Shown one piece after another: positions 63,498 through 64,000 of a DNA stretch of 64,000 nt. The notes under the pieces were generated by a model that was not told the origin of the DNA, did not search any database, and saw only the letters and a program-made list of their open reading frames with translations. Within the stretch, counting starts at the first letter, position 1. Each line of letters begins with the position of its first letter. Source of the DNA: an uncultured delta proteobacterium (GTDB lineage: Bacteria > Desulfobacterota > Syntrophorhabdia > Syntrophorhabdales > WCHB1-27); NCBI GenBank assembly GCA_963810935.1, contig CAWEPK010000017.1, positions 1 to 64,000 of the forward strand, given 5' to 3'. A program made the translations under genes and the position numbers.

Positions 63498-64000
63498 GTG
63501 ACAAGATTAAGAAAACGAGGCGAAATCGTAAGAGAATTTATCTTGGAGCACATTGAAAACGACGGGCAAAACATAGTCCAGACAACTATGGATAATTTCA
63601 AGATCACGCGGCAAGCCGTCTACAAGCATCTTAGAAACCTCAAAGAGCAAGGCTGTGTGGTTATAGGGGTAAATGGGCTACCCAAATTAGGACCACAAGA
63701 AAAGTGGGATACTACCCTGTCTATAGCGGAAAATGTTCATGAAGATGTTGTTTGGCGAACTATAGTAGCCCCGAAGGTCGGGCGATTGTCAGACAATGCT
63801 TTGTCGATTTGGAGTTATGGGTTTACAGAAATCTATAATAACGTTGTTGATCACTCAGGAAGCGATACTGTATGGATTGAGGTCGAAAAAACGGCTCTGA
63901 CCACGAATGTGGTAATATTGGATCGTGGGATTGGCATATTTACTAAGATCAAGACTGCACTGGACCTACTTGACGAAAGACATGCAGTCTTAGAATTAAC
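63498..64000 (+). CDS. wHTH + HATPase-like protein (DUF4325/STAS-associated type), runs off the window edge
   Basis: SD GGAGG and GTG start; ITRQAVYKHL..L, EDVVW, YGFTE.YNN..DHS, D.GIGIF.KI. Confidence 0.8.
   Translation, partial: MTRLRKRGEIVREFILEHIENDGQNIVQTTMDNFKITRQAVYKHLRNLKEQGCVVIGVNGLPKLGPQEKWDTTLSIAENVHEDVVWRTIVAPKVGRLSDNALSIWSYGFTEIYNNVVDHSGSDTVWIEVEKTALTTNVVILDRGIGIFTKIKTALDLLDERHAVLEL

Overview
This 64 kb chromosomal window has the gene content of an anaerobic deltaproteobacterium (Desulfobacterota-like; inferred, not verified). Core blocks are ffh-rpsP-khpA-rimM-trmD-rplS-rnhB-yraN-larBC; metG-ricT-holB-tmk-efp-pepP with tRNA-Gln; ilvBNC-psd-pssA; thiolase-crotonase-etfBA; an arn (L-Ara4N) cluster; glgC; and groESL. 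Accessory or decayed segments hold an IS1182, an IS110/IS1111, IS630 and IS1 remnants, an Xre/RES toxin-antitoxin pair, a TpsA-like adhesin and several pseudogenes. The standout is a complete IS110-family (IS1111-type) element at 17177-18691, inserted into the centre of a ~129-bp palindromic REP-like repeat whose intact siblings are also in the window. Its 3' non-coding end folds by eye into a two-loop bridge/seek-type RNA with segments matching the target and donor sequences around an AG/CT core. Its joined ends would form a TTGACT-N17-TATGCT promoter, and its recombinase has atypical catalytic motifs (GLED, STG). Other observations include a second covarying repeat family overlapping the trmD start, a DJ-1/VOC fusion, apparently leaderless genes, phased operator repeats and a codon-usage switch inside the TpsA gene. 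Single-base frameshifts, including one in essential tmk, suggest assembly indel errors, so pseudogene calls are tentative. All calls are from reading the sequence; no searches were run.
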